Positions 20,809 through 39,877 of a stretch of DNA of 64,000 nt are shown here, piece by piece (the stretch's first letter is position 1; each line of letters opens with the position of its first letter). Below the pieces are notes generated by a model. It saw nothing but the letters and a program-made list of their open reading frames with translations. It made no database searches and was not told where the DNA came from. Position numbers and translations under genes: made by a program. This DNA is from the human T2T-CHM13v2.0 reference genome, Homo sapiens. The stretch is from assembly GCF_009914755.1 (NCBI RefSeq), contig NC_060938.1; one strand, written 5' to 3'.

Positions 20809-22277
20809 CATTTTCCATTTGCCATTCCTTAGTTTATATTGCCTGAGATTTTCTTTTTTTATTTTATTAATTCCATGGCTTTCCAATGAATTGAGATTTT
20901 CTAAGAATCAAATTTTCCTTTAATTATTTCAGAGGTACTACAACTTAATCTGATTGTTTTAAAATAATCAGTGGCTTAATATTAGAATTTTACTGCAAAT
21001 TCATCTTCCATACTTATTTTTGCTATTTAAATAATTAGCTATTTTTGTTATTCATGTTATTAGCTACACTTACATGGAGACAAATGGTTATATGGGTTTC
21101 CTCTACTAAGAAAATGGGTTTCTAGGAAATGAGGTTTCGCACCAACTAATTTAGTTGTCCTGGAAATAACCTGCTTGCCTATGTAAAAGTCAAGCTTATA
21201 CAGGAGGCAATAAAGACACTACCCTTTAGCACAACCTGCAGAGCTCTCCAGCACATGGTGGACTGCAGTACAACCAGGATCACAAGCCCGGTTTCTCAGC
21301 CCAGCTTCTTGGCATTTGAAATCAATGTGAGAAAAGAGCAGAGGAAAGAGCTGACACGTTTCCCCTTCCTTGTAGCACCAACCGGCGTCTCACAGCTGAA
21401 GCCCTTGGTAAGACAATGGAGAGGGTGCCGCAAAAGTCACCACTGGCCCCACTGCCCTGTAGGGAGAGCTTAGGGAGAGGTGATGAAGCATATCAGAGTG
21501 TGCCAGACCCCAGGACCTTCTCTGGCCTCTTCCTACTTCTCACAAGCTCTCCCCTCACGCTAGTAAGAACATTCAGTAAACCGCTATTGTTTTAAACCGC
21601 TTGCAAACCTGATACACTATAAATTAGGCTATGGGTTTCTTTAACAGCTTATGTGTCACCACAATCCATTTCTTACTTATGTCTGTAACATTATTTTAGG
21701 GAGCTAGTTTTTGTCAACCAGCAGAGTATGTATGAAATATGACACAGTAATTATCATCAAAAAAATAGAAATAAAACTGTATTCAACATCTAGCTTTATC
21801 AAAACTTAAGATTTAGCTTATATGCTTTAGATCTTTTTTCCATTAAATAAAACATTAAAGTTATTCATTCAATACTTATTGAGTCCCTGCTATGAGCTAG
21901 GCATGATCTGAGCACTAGAAATACACTCCTGTGAGAGAGGCAGACAACAGATAAGCAAATAGATATACTGTATCAGATCACACTGCTACAATCAGAATAA
22001 AATCGTGGAAAAAGAGCATTTTAAACAGGGTGGAGGTAAGGTGTAAGCAGATGGACTTGGAGTAGGGAAGAGAACTCTGTGAAAAAGCTTTCCAGGCTGA
22101 GGTAACTGTAAAGGCTAAAGCCCCAGGGACCCCAGGCGTGGTAGGTCACGCCTGTAATTCCAGCACTTTGGGAGGCTGAGACAGGAGAATCATTTGAACT
22201 TGGAGGCGGAGGTTGCAGTGAGCCGAGATCGCATCACTGCACTCCAGCCTGGGTGACAGATTGAGGCTCCATCTCAA

Positions 22278-22327
<50 letters not shown>
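22278..22327 (+). repeat. (AAT)16 microsatellite (Alu tail)
   Basis: Read directly. Confidence 0.95.
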
Positions 22328-22639
22328 GGCCCCAGGGAGGGGTGCTTGATGGCAATGTGTTTGGGGAACATCAGAAAGCCCGGATTGGCTAGAAAGCAGT
22401 GACCTGGCAGGATATGAAGTCAGAGAGGGATGGGAAAGTTCATGGTGGGCCTTGTAAACCCCATTTTGTATTCTGTTATTAGTGACAGGAGGCCATCAGG
22501 ACAGTGTCAAGATCTGACATGTTTAAGTAGTTCTCCAATCCTTTTAAGAAGTCTGTCCTGGGGAAATGCTATATTTCCTTTCCTCCTCAGAAGAATTGGG
22601 AATTTGGTGTTTATCATTCCCCTGTATTTTTAAATACTT

Positions 22640-23500
22640 TCACTATATAAACACATGGCCATAAACAATGTAGTATTCTCCTGCATGTATTAGTACTGCA
22701 TTCCTTCAGTAGTATTGCTGAATAATATCCTTTTATATGGATATACCATATTTTATCTACTCATCAGTTGATAGACATTTGGATTGTTTCTACTTTTTGG
22801 CTATTATAAATAACGCGGTGCTAGACACAGTGGTTCACGCCTGTAATTCCAGCACTTTGGAAGGCCGAAGCGGATGGATCACTTAGGTCAGGAGTCTGAG
22901 ACCAGCATGACCAACATGGTGAAACCCCATCTCTACTAAAAATATAAAAAATTAGCTGGGCGTGGTGGCATGTACCTGTAGTCCCAGCTACTCGGAAGGC
23001 GGAGGCAGGAGAACTGCTTGAACCAGTGGGGTGGAGGTTGCAGTGAGCCACACTGCACCCCAGCCTGGGCAACGGAGTGAGACTCTGTCTCAAAAAAAAA
23101 AAAATTTTGCCACTCATGGTGGCATATGCCTGCAGTCCCAGATACTTGGGAGGCTGAGGTGGGAGGATTGATTGAGCCCAGGAGGTGGAGGCTGCGGTGA
23201 GCCATGTCCTGCCAGCCTGGGTAACAGTAACACCCTGAATCAATCAATCAATCAATCAACAATGCTGCTATTATAATTAATATACAAGTTTCTGCAGGAA
23301 CATATGTTTCATTTTTCTTGGGAGTAGAATTACTGGGCCACATGCTAACTCTATGTTTAACTGTTTCCTAAAGTGGCTGCATCATTTTATAATCCCACCA
23401 GCAATGTATCAGGATTCTAATTTCTCTATATCCTCATGAACACTTAATACCTGGTTTATTATTTTAGCAATCCTAGTGGTGTGAAATGGTATCTAACTGA
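22640..23500 (-). mobile_element. L1M 3'-end fragment (Alu-interrupted)
   Basis: TTGATAGACATTTGGATTGTTTCTAC, CCTAAAGTGGCTGCATCATTTTATAATCCCACCAGCAATG, TCCTAGTGGTGTGAAATGGTATCT. Confidence 0.75.
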
Positions 23501-24466
23501 GGTTTTGTTTTGTTTTGTTGAGACAGAGTCTCACTGTCGCCCAAGCTGAAGTGCAGTGGCACCATCTTGGCTCACTGCAACTTCCACCTCCTGGGTTCAA
23601 GCGATTCTACTACCTCAGACTCCCAGAGTAGCTGGGATTATAGGCACACACCACCACACCCGGCTAATTTTTACATTTTTAGTAGAGACGGGGTTTCACC
23701 ATGTTGGCCAGGCTGGTCTCAAACTCCTGACCTCAAGTGATCCGCCCATCTCGGCTTCCCAAAGTGCTGGGATTACAGGCGTGAGCCACGGTACCTGGTC
23801 ATATACCTTATTATTTTTTAATTAAATAGAGATGGGGTCTCGCCACGTTGCCCAGGCTGATCTTGAACTCCTGGGCTCAAGCAATCCTTACACCTTGGCT
23901 TCCCTTAGTGCTGGGATTACAGGTATGAGCCACTGTGCCCAGCCCTTAATACCTATTTTTTGGAGTAAGACTGGATCACACCCATAGTATCAGTACAACC
24001 GCATATTTCACTGTACTTAGAAATTATCACAAAATAGTCTGCTACAGTGGCTGTAATCCCAGCACTTTGGTAGGCTGAAGCAGGAGGATGCTTGTGGTCA
24101 GGAGTCTGAGACCAGCCTGGGTGGCTGGGTGCGGTGGCTCACACCTATAATCTCAGCACTTCAGGAGGCCAAGGCAGGAGGATCGATTGTACCCAACAGT
24201 TTGAGATCAGCCTGGGCAACATAGTGAGACTCTGTCTCCCTCTCTCTCTGTCTCCCTCTCTCTTTATATATATATATTTTTATTTATTTTTGTTTGTTTG
24301 TTTAAGTAAAAAAGAGACTAGCCTGGGGAACATAGTAAGACCCATCTCTACAAAAAAAAAAAAAAAAAAAAAGGCCAGGCATGGTGGCTCAAGCCTGTAA
24401 TTCCAGCACTTTGGGAGACTGAGGCAGGCGGATTACAAGGTCAGGAGAGCGAGACCATCCTGGCTA

Positions 24467-24676
<210 letters not shown>

Positions 24677-24821
24677 TTAGCCCACTGTAGTGGTGCACAC
24701 CTGTGGACCCAGCTACTTGGGAGGCTGAGGTGGGAGGATCGCTTGAGCCCGAGAAGTTGAGGCCGCAGTAAGCTATGACTGTGCTACTGCAGGCCAGGCT
24801 GGAGCGAGACCCTATCTCGCC

Positions 24822-24853
<32 letters not shown>

Positions 24854-24971
24854 TTAACGGAAAGTAGCAGATGGATTTACAATAGACCACATTAAAAAAC
24901 AAACCTCCGGCTAGGCGTGGTGGCTCACGCCTGTAATCCCAGCACTTTGGGAGGCGGAGGCAGGTGGATCA

Positions 24972-25229
<258 letters not shown>

Positions 25230-27837
25230 TTATGATCCCACATTAAACATGTATTATTTCTATAATGAGAAGTAAAAATTATTTTTTTAAAAAAGGAAGA
25301 ATAGCTGCCTCAAGCTTTGCAATAAAAAGTAGTCTTAAAGACAAACTTAAGATAAATTTTCTAACAGTAAATGGGTCAAGAGCAAAGGACTTACTTTTTT
25401 ATCGGTCACAAATTGTGAATTATATTACAGAAGCTTCTCAGAAACTACCCAGAAGGGAACTGACTTTGAGTCCACAAACCATTTATTTAATCAAGTATGG
25501 CACACCCACTCAGAATGCAAACAGTGCCTCTACCCATCCCTCTGAATTGCCTATTCTACCAATGAACACTGCTTCTTTCTTCCAAAAACTGAATCTAATT
25601 AAATCAACCAATTAACTGTCTTGCTCAAAGCGGTGCAAATTTCTATGGCACATGGGCAAACCCTAAAAAGTGGGCAAGTCTGACTTTTCTGAACATCCTA
25701 GTTCTAAAATACTATCTTAAGAACATAGCTGCTTACACATTTCCCAAGAATTCCTGTTAAAGAAAATTCCTGAGTACCTCAAATAACTCTGGAATTCTTC
25801 AGATGCAGCTATGTAAGAATCAAGATATGCTTCCCCTTAGAGTGAAAACTGAAATGAAAATCTTGTCCTCCAAGTTGTAAATTACATTATTTCTGAAAAG
25901 CCTTCAGGTATCTGAGGTATCTTATCAGGATCTGCTAAATCTAAATAGATATATGACTATTCTAACTATTTCTACTGTTCTAGCCTCATAACTATCGTCT
26001 CCTTTTCCTTAACTATCACATATAAACCCCCAGTTACTGTTTCTCCCTCAGTGGAAACAAAAGCTAGTAGCTATTTAGTAAACCAGCTTTATTAGTTATT
26101 TATTTGCCTCCTCCTAAGAAGCAAGACTAACACTTTGTTCTTTCTACTTTGCTTATTATTTAACATAAGAACACAACTTTTGCCCCAATTCCTTGAGATA
26201 GAATTTTTTATTCTGTAAGCCAGAGAGCTCTCATCCTTCTAATATCTCATTAAAACTACACCCAAAGGGAAAAAAGTTAGGGTCAAAACTGTCTCAAAGG
26301 TAGATAACTTTTTTTCTTTCACACTTATTAACTAACTCAGGAAAGTAAAAGGAAAACCTAAATCTCAAAACTTCTATAAAGAAATGGAAGCTCTTTTAAA
26401 AAGAGCTGTTAACGTGGAGTTTTAAAAACAAACACACAAACTACTATATTTCAGGTGCAACCAAAACATGGCATTTATTTCATCAAATGTTAAATCCACA
26501 GGAAGAAATTTGGTAATTAAGATCATGGAATAATAATCCAATTTGCTATAGAGAAAAACTTGCTGCAAATCCCCTGGAGATCTTTAAAAACAGTACAGAA
26601 TTTTCTATCAAGACTGATTTTAATAAACTCCTACAAAGAGATAAAGGACTGAATTAAATAAACTCCCAAAGGTTCTTTCCAATGCTAATGTAAAAGTTTC
26701 CCTCGGGCAAATTGCCACACCTTACCTCAAATAAAGGTTTGTGCTCCTCCCACTCATCTGAATAGCAGAGAGGAAAAATTACTGCTCTATTGTTCAACTG
26801 TTACTATTGTGAAAACTGTGTGTCTACTGTCATCACTAAACAGCAATGTGTGATTGTTTCATAACTCCTTAACACAGCATCTAGCTCATCAAATTCTAAA
26901 CCCAAATCCAAGAGTTGTTCTTTTACTATACACATTCATTCATCTCTTCAAGCACAGAAACATACTCTTGAGAGTGTAAAGTGATCCTAGACGTTTCTGA
27001 CTTCTCTCCTGTTCATTAAAAGACATGGTGGGAGATGTGAGGAAAAGAATTTACATCTCAACAATGTTATACTCTAAATTCATATTTTAGTAAAAGCATG
27101 ACACACAGCTGTATGCGTATTTTTGATGGCACAGTTGGCAACATTTCCCCCCCAGAAAGAGGGGAAAGATAGGTAGAGGTTGGAGCACAAGCACATCGCT
27201 TTAATTAAAAATGAAAACAACTTTTAAAAAATGTTAAGATATTGTATTGCTCTCATGTAGTTACCAAGATCTCTCTTTTGTATAAGAAAGAAAAATATTC
27301 ACAGACAATATTCCTCCATCTGAGAGTGTAGAAAGCTCCAGATCTGAAGTCTGTATTAAAAATACTGGTGAGAAGTAGTTTTCTAGAAGGGATACTGCAG
27401 CCCTCACAGCATTCCAACAGACCGTTCTTCCAAATGCCACCAATGTGCCTTGAGTGAAACTTTTACAAAACATGTCCCCAAAAGTCAACCAAATGTTATT
27501 CATACAGATTTTAAAATGTCATGTTAGTACCTTGATATTTCTTCACCTTATTAGTTGGCAAGCTCTGAAGAAATATCATTCTATAAATGCTAAATTGTTA
27601 GAGATTATGGGAGAAAGGTCCTTGATTTCCTACTAAATCTGAACATAACTCATAGGGATTGAAAGAAGCATTTGAACACAAAGCACCGCTGAAGTGTGAA
27701 CACCTTTCTCTTGACTTCCTTTTTCATTTTAAAAAATCATACCGGCCAGGTGCAGTGGCTCACGCCTGTAATCCCAGCACTCTGGGAGGCCGAGGCAGGC
27801 AGATCACGAGGTCAGGAAATCGAGACCATCCTGGCTA

Positions 27838-28382
<545 letters not shown>

Positions 28383-29374
28383 TCACCTGCAAATGTATTT
28401 TCTAACTCCTACCCGTTAAATTTCCCTATTACATTCTATACCACAACAATTTTGTCTTATAAGTCGTTTACATTGCTAGGAAAACGACAAACTATTCCAC
28501 TGCTTATAATGAGCTGACTGTTATCACTTCCTCCCTCACACAATTATTTCTTTAAAAGTGAAAACAAATCTTTTGATCTGTGTATTACTTCGCTTTGACA
28601 CCTTACAACTTCAGGGGAGGTCAAGTCTGCTTTACTTATTTTTCCCCTCAACTCAGTCTCAATATCTCAACATGACCTGGAAAAATGCTTTATTTTCTGC
28701 TTCGCAGCAAACAGTAACAGACCTATCCATCATAACTACTCATCTGGGGAGTAGTTATGTTAAAGCCAAATTAAGATCACCATCCTATCAAACTGCAACA
28801 GTCACACTCCCGCTAAAGGGAAACAGAGTACTTTCTAAGCGTTCCTTAATATCTGTACAAGACTTAAACGTATTAAAGTCAACTGCAAAATTATCGCAAC
28901 ACTCTCTTCCAGGAACACCGATCTTGCATCTTTTTAACCAGCTCATCTTTAAAAACACATTTCAACAGAATATCTGTCAGTCCAGACCACTGTAAGGTTG
29001 ATAATAAGCATTGTCTTGAATTTAGAACTTTTCAAAATATTTTAGAACTGCCTGAACTTGGTTGATGATTCAGCATGGTTAATTAGTATAGAGTCATCGC
29101 AAGTCACCACCAGGCTAAACAATCCCCTTGTGTGATAGCACTCGTGTTCAGGAAAGGGTCGAAGGGGCCACCTAATCCAACCTGGAGCCTGGGGTAGAGT
29201 CTCACCACCGGCAGAGTTAAGAGAATGATGCTTTCGAGGGACCAGCTTGGATTCCCTGCCAGATCTATGGACCAATGTCCTGGTTGGGGACTGAACGTGG
29301 TAGTCCAGAATGTGGTTGGGAGAGGCTGGGTGTGTTTCCATCTGACACCACCGCCTAATTTTCTTTGCTTCTTA

Positions 29375-30082
<708 letters not shown>

Positions 30083-30739
30083 TCACAGAGGGCGGGGCCC
30101 TCTCCGCAGAGGACCGGTCTCGGCCAAGGCCACGCAGCGAAGGGAAAAAGCGGCGGGGACCTGCCGAGAGGGATGTGGTCCTGAGGACCGCTGACCAATC
30201 TGGAAGAGAAGGAGGCGGACCCCATGCTGCTGCCTGGCCAATCACGGACGAGAGCAAAGCGCCTCGCCGGTGGAGAGGGGGCTTCTCTAGAGGGACTCCA
30301 GGGCCTGGCACCTGATTGGAGGCCGCATCCAGGTCCGGGGTAGGGCTTGCCTGTTTAATGGTCCAGATCGAGGAGGAGGCGGAGCCCAGGGAAAAGTAGC
30401 CAATTAGAGTGTGAGGAAATAAAAGGGGCTGAGCCGAAGTCTCTAGAGCGGGTTCCCAGGTTCTCCAGGACAGGTGGCGCCCTCTTTGCCCTTGCCTCGT
30501 GGGAAGTTTTGGAGTTTATGTCCTAGCCCAAGACAGGCAGCTCGCTTATTTAATTAGCTGATTCCTCTGTGAGTGTTTATAGAATAGATTTTTTGACAAT
30601 CTCTCATCATTCTTCAATATGCGCCACACATTCACTATTTCTGAATTATTATAAGTAATAATTCAGATGCCTTTTCACGTGCCCTTCACATTTGCCCTTG
30701 GCAGGGTTTTCTATACAGTCTCCTTTAAATTAAGTCTTT

Positions 30740-32650
30740 CCTTCAAAGTTAGAAAACCTGGTCTAATTCCAACTCTGCCAATAACTGGAAGCTAAAACTT
30801 GAGCACTGTGTTTAACCACTTTAGAAGCCAAATTCTTTAAAATGGAGTTAATACTTCCTGCTTCATAGACTTACAGCAAGAATTATATCATTAACCCATT
30901 ATGCACCTCTTATAATACTAGGCTTATAGTAGGAGTATAATAAATATTATTTTCTCACCCTTTTAGTTCCATCTTCCCATGGGGTTAGAAAGCAAGGAAA
31001 TTGATCTACATTACAATTAGAGACTTTCTGTTATCCATAAAGAATTTAGTATCATAATTGAGAGTATGGACTCTGGAGTCGGTCTGGGTTTTAAATCCTA
31101 GCTGCGCCACTTACTAGCTGAGTGACCTCTATGTGTCTTCATCTGTTCAGTGGGGACAATAATAGTTGTCGTGAAGATTGAATAAGTTTATGTATGTAAT
31201 GTATTTTGTACAGGACCTAGCAATTAGTAAGCATTCATTAAGTGTTGGTTACTAGTAATTGCTAAATGCACCTATGAGAATCCGTGCATTCTTTCCCCAC
31301 CCTGCAGGAGCTTTAGAAAGGAGGTCCACAAGGTATTGGTTTTGCATGACTTAGGAGCTGAATAATCTAACAGAAGGTGGGATCATTCATCCCACACATC
31401 CTATTTGAGTTGACAAACACTATTGATCCCAAAGTGAATATACATCTGTATGTATAAGGCTAAAAAGGAAACATGTGGCTGTGCTTCATGGAGCTTACAT
31501 TTCAGTGAGAGACAAGATATACACATAGAAAGAAAACAATAGTTAAAGACCAACCTAAGGCTGGAGAGATTAGGCAACAGGAGTTCTGATGAGGGAAGCT
31601 GAATGGCAGTGATGAGTCTAACCAGGTAGAAAGTTTTCAGGGCAGGAATCTGGATGGAAGCAGGGCTAAGGGATTTAACTGAAGCTTAGGGAGTGAGCTG
31701 AATGACTCTGGAGAAGGCTTGCGAGGAAGATGTGCAATGAGACAGATCTTGGAAGATGAGCGGGACTTGGAGAGCTGGAACTGAGAAGGATGGGGAGGGT
31801 GTTCTGAGGAAACCTTCAGAAACTCGGGTGTCGAGTCTAGAAAGATCAAAGCCTCACCTGCAGGCTAAGAGGAGTAAAGGAGTCTGGCTAGATTTGAGGA
31901 GTCCTGTTAGCCGATCCCTCCTCAGGGGGCTGGCCCCTTGTCTTGTTCCGCCACTTACTCACTATGTATAGTCTTGGACAAGTAATGCAAACTCAGCCCT
32001 GGTTTCCTCACTCATCTTACAAAGTGTGTACCTGTACTACTTACCTTACAGGCTTCTGTGAGCATCAGTGATATACAGATGATCTGATTACTTCACATGC
32101 CATTGCTAAATCACAAAAATGATGCTGCAGTAGGCAGTAGGAAACACCCCAGACTCCATGTAAACAGGAAAACAACTCCTTCCAGAAACATAAGCCGCTT
32201 AATCATCATTTTACAGTGTTCATATGCAAAGTTCTGTGCTAGGCACCAGGAAGACAACCCTTCTCTTCCTTCAAGATTGCTCAAACCACTTCAACTGTGA
32301 AGCCTGTTTTGAACCCCAACCTCCCCACAAAATTAGTTGCTTTCTCCTCTGTGAGCTTTATACACACCTGTGTAAGCATGTATCACACTGCTTTGAGATT
32401 CTTTGAGAGGGAGGTTACACAATGCTTAGAAGCAAGAGCTCTGCAGTCAGATATACCATAATTGAAGACCGGTTTCAGCACCTAGAATCCTTATGATTTA
32501 GGCAAAGCTGCCTAACCTCTCTATGACTCAGGTACTTCTTCTGTAAAATGGGATATACCTCATAGAGTTGGAGAATTAACAAAAGCATTTAGTGCCAAGA
32601 CCTGTTACATAATATTAAATGAGTGTTGGTAATTATTCATTGGATAAATG
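30740..32650 (+). mobile_element. MIR SINE fragments (several)
   Basis: GGACTCTGGAGTC...AAATCCTAGCTGCGCCACTTACTAGCTGAGTGACCT at ~31070-31130; CTGTAAAATGGGATA at ~32541. Confidence 0.65.
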
Positions 32651-33781
32651 AAGTACTTATTAAGTGAATGAATGATTGATTGAATACATTTATACTTACA
32701 ATTAGGCAACAAGCTTGGTGAGTTGAGGGGATTGTCTAATTTATCTTTGGGTTCCCAGTACCTACCACGTGTCTGTCACATAGCAAATGCTCAATAAATG
32801 TTTGATGAATGCATAAATGGATAAATGAATTAAAATTTGGCCTTGGCTGGACATGGTGGCTCACACTTGTAATCTCAGCACTTTGGGAGGCCGAGGTAGA
32901 TGGATCACGTGAGGCCAGGAGTTCGAGACCAGCCTGACCAACATGGTGAAACCCCGTCTCTCCAGAAAATACAAAAATTAGCCGGGCGTAGTGGCACATG
33001 CCTGTAATCTCAGCTACTTGGAGGCTGAGGCACAAGACTTGCTTGAACTTGGGAGGCAGAGGTTACAGTGAGCCGAGATTGTGCCACTGCACTTTAGCCT
33101 GGGTGATAGAGAGAGACTCTGTCTCAAAAAAAAAAAAAAAAAAAAATTTTGGCCTTGTCTCCAAGGAACCTTCTATCACATGGAGACTGTGTTAATTGAG
33201 GTTCTTTGGTTGCAGATAACATAAGCCAATTTTAAAAAACTTATTCAAGAAAGGTAAATTTATTGGAACTCTCCTGAAGACAGGGAAGTGTTGGCACTCA
33301 GGAAAATCCTAAACCTCAGCAGCAGAAAATTATAGACCTTCCTTCCTCCTAACCAAACCACTTCTGGTGCTTAGCTCTCAACAACCTACAACTTTCATAT
33401 TCATGAGGTCAAACTTCTACACTCTCAGGAAAAAGAAATCTGATTGGCCTAGCTTATGGTGAGGATGGGTAAATCTGACCAATCGCAATGGCCAGAGCAC
33501 AAGGTCAAACTGCTGGAGGGGAGGAATCAGTTATAGACAAGGAAGAATCATAGCAGAGAAGGGAGGAACAACCCTAACAGTGTTCACTACAAGGAGATAG
33601 AACCCGGGAGTGAAAAGGACAAATAGCAATAGCTTAGAATGGATGTTAAAGAAGGAGGCTGGCGGGTGCAGTGGCTCACACCTATAATCCCAGCACTTTG
33701 GGAGGCCGAGGGGGTCGGATCACCTGAGGTCAGGAGCTCGAGACCAGACTGGCGAACATGGTGAAACCCCCATCTCTACTA

Positions 33782-34595
<814 letters not shown>

Positions 34596-35273
34596 CCCCT
34601 GCCAAAATAAATGACTTCTAACTACCCCTTCCATTGTTGGGTCACTTGGTCAAGAGTCAAATACTGGAGAGAATATCTGCTTGTTTGAGTTTACGTCGCA
34701 CTGGTCCTAAAAGGTGCAAACAAAAGGAAAAAGTGTCCTTCACCTTTCATGATGGGAGGTGCTTACCAAGACACACCCTCTTAAGAAGAGTACGTTAAAT
34801 GAGAAGAGATGATTTCCCAAAGGGAAATGGGGGACTTAATAGAAAAAGGGAATGGACACTGGGCAGGCAGAAATGGCCAATGTCCTTTATATCAGTCAAG
34901 GCTGCAGATGAATCACAAGATAGAGTTGTGTATTGTGGTAGGCACATGTAATCTTAGCTCTTCAGGAGGCTGAGGCAGGAGGAACACATGAGCGCAGGAG
35001 TTCAAGACCAGCCTGGGCAGCATAGCAAGACCCCATCTCAAGAAAAAAGAAAAAAAAGAAGAACCACAAGATGGAATGGAAAGGGCCCTTCAGAAGTAAT
35101 CTGCTTTTGCACAAAAACCAGAGATAGATGATGCAGAGGTATTATTTGAACCTGACTCTGAGAGCATCATTTGGTCTTCCCTTTTCTTTTTCTTTCTTTC
35201 TTTTCTTTTTTTTTCTTTTTTGAGATGGAACTTCACTCTGTTGCCCAGGCTGGAGTGTAGTGGTGTGATCTGA

Positions 35274-35546
<273 letters not shown>

Positions 35547-37130
35547 TAGGCCAATCACACAAGTATTTTTTGCTGGCCATCATGTTGGGTACTGCAAATA
35601 CAATGACAAATAGAAAGAAACATGGTATTTGCACTTGTAGAGCTTTCAGTCTTGATTTACAAGAAATGCGTCTGCTCTTTCCCCTTTCATTATTCCTAAT
35701 CTAATAGAGTAAGTGAAATAGACTAATTCTCTCCCTGGGTTTCTGATCCTACTTTTGTGGAAAATCTTGGATGCTGTTTTTGGACTATTTTCAGTGGCAA
35801 TATTTGCATCCACAAAACTGGGCAGGTCCTGGGACAAGAGTTTAGAATTGCATTATGACCCTGAGGCCTGAGCTATTTAAATGAATGTTTGCATGCAAAC
35901 ATGAAGCTTTAAGAGGAATGATGGTTTCTGATTATACACCTCCAGGGTGCCAGCTAAGCACTTAGTAGAGATTTTAATCTGTACCCAACAAAGCGTTTGC
36001 AATGGGAGTTCTGCAATAATACAGATGAGTGCTCCAGGAATGGGCAGCCAGAGCTTATGTCTCAATGGCAGGTCTCTGCCCTTGAGTTACCTCTGCTCCA
36101 GAAGCACCTGAGAGCTTCCTCCACCACACCCCACACTGCCACCCTGGACTTCCTCTGGGCACTCACCTGGCTGAATGTTGCAATCATTTCAGGTTCTGCT
36201 CCAGGAAGCAAGTGGACTTTTACTTCTGGCTTCAAGAGGGAGGAGAGGAGATGGTGATGCAGATTAATGGTGGTGGTGTTAGCCAAGACTCTGAGTTGCA
36301 AGTTTTGAAACTGAATTTAAATTGAATTAAGCATAAAGATGATTTATTGACTCACATAACCAAAAACTAAGGGTAGATCTGATTGGATCTAGGTACTCAA
36401 GCGATATCATCAGAAATCCATCTCCAAAAAAAAAAAAAAAGAAATCTGTCTCCATCTCTGGCTTGGGGTCCCTCTGAATTAGCTTTATTCCCAGAAAGGC
36501 TGCCAGCATGTGATGGCAAAGATGGCTTGTGGTGGGCAAGCTTCCATTCAATCAGCTTTAAAACTTCAGCTGAAAGACACTGCCTGTTTTCTGTAGTCTT
36601 CTCGAGATTCCTAAGTAGACTTCTGTTGGCCCAGCTTGGGTCACATGCATCAGGTGACTGTTGAATTGATTGGCCAGGCCTGAATCTTCTGCCCACCCAC
36701 TCCACCAATTCTGAGCCACAGGCTCAGAGAAGGGGAGACTATTGGTTTTCCTCTGGGAGAAGATGGGTGCTGTTGCCAGAAAAAAGGGTGCTGAGTAGGC
36801 ATAAGCCACAGATGTCCATTGCACTGATCATGTTAAATATGATGACAACAGTAAGAAGCAGGAAGTGGGAATGCCTTAGAGAGTCTCAACATTTTCAGAT
36901 GATATTACAAGAAAGACTGCATTTAGACTCTCCCTCCTCCACAAATCTGACCTACAAAAGTTATCTCAAATTAATCCCTCCCTATGGTAACTGTCTGTTC
37001 TGTGTGTTTATTTAACTGATTTAAGTGATTGATATCTTCATCTTCATCAAATCATTATCCTAAAGCCATTAATAAACATTCTTTGTATATGTAGCTGTAT
37101 AAGAAAAACAGAAATACAGACAGAGCATTA

Positions 37131-37430
<300 letters not shown>

Positions 37431-38080
37431 TCAAAAAAAAAAAAGGAGCAATAAAGGACTCATAAGACAACACACCACCAACTCTGAATATTATATATTG
37501 TGAACTCAGAATGGCGAAAATTGAATTGTACTGAATGTGAAGTATATCTCAATTAAAAAAACAAAAAAAATTGCCTTTTTAAAAAAAGAAGACATAAATA
37601 AGAAGTTGCATATGTTCCTAGGCAATGTGACATACGCATTCAATGGTGTGATGGAATTTGCATATTTAAACAGAATAGGTGAAAGGTAAAGCTGTCATTC
37701 TTTTCCACTTCATCATAGAACCCTTAGAAGATTTAGCTATTGTCGCCATCACTTTCTTTATATTTACTGTGCAATGTTACATATTCATGGACAACATAAC
37801 TTCTTTTAAAATGGTCTTTGGGGTTCTTCCTCTACCCTCAATATTTTGCTAACTTTTTCTCACATTTTTTCTCTATCGTGTACCACTTCCAACACCAATA
37901 ATTTTTGGTGCCTAATATCTTGGGGGGCCATTTTAACCTATATCTAGAAGAAGACTATTCTGTTGTTTATGCTCCCAATGACTCTAAAGCCACATGACAG
38001 CTTCCTTCAATGAATGTCCCAAAAAGTATGGGAATTAGAATAGGCAATGGGAATGCAACAGGGATGCCCAAAAGAGTTGA

Positions 38081-38404
<324 letters not shown>

Positions 38405-39049
38405 TGACATTTGAACATTTCAAAATATAGTACATTTCTCTTTTATATCAACAGCATATTTTAAGGCATAAATGACAACTTTAGAGTCATCTTTTATTTT
38501 AATCCAAACCAGCCTTTCCCATGCTGACCGCCCCATCCTTATCTACCGGTCCATATTCTGCATTTCAGGTGGTTGCTTCTCCAGCAACTTTTCCACACTT
38601 CCTTCACTGGTGAGCAGTCATTTATTAGAGGGTTGACTATTTCCCAGTCCCTGACAACAGGGAGTGGTTCATGGACAGACACAAGAGCGTAGTTGATTCA
38701 ATCATGCTTAAGACTTGAGATTTTGGTTCAATGACTGGGGGAAGGAAACGTATCTGTTTTCCCAGAAGGTGTGGTATGTGAATGTGAGACCTACAACTGC
38801 TACAGCCATTTGGTTACCACGAGAAAAACCCCACTAAGAATAAAAGCAACATCAGGAAGTGAGCAGAGAAGCTCACAGACACATGGAGCTGGTGCTCTGA
38901 TCAAACTACGCATGAGGCCCACACTAGACATTTCAATTATGCTGAGTCAAGAAATTCTCTTTAGTTGTTTATGCAGGTTGAAGTTTTGTGTTTTTTAAAA
39001 ATTGGAACTTAAAGCACCTTAACTGTTACAATCCTTCAGTACAATATTT

Positions 39050-39877
<828 letters not shown>

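Noticed and set aside
34935-35060. Possible 7SL RNA pseudogene
   Set aside because: No S-domain; it looks like a FLAM-type Alu monomer.
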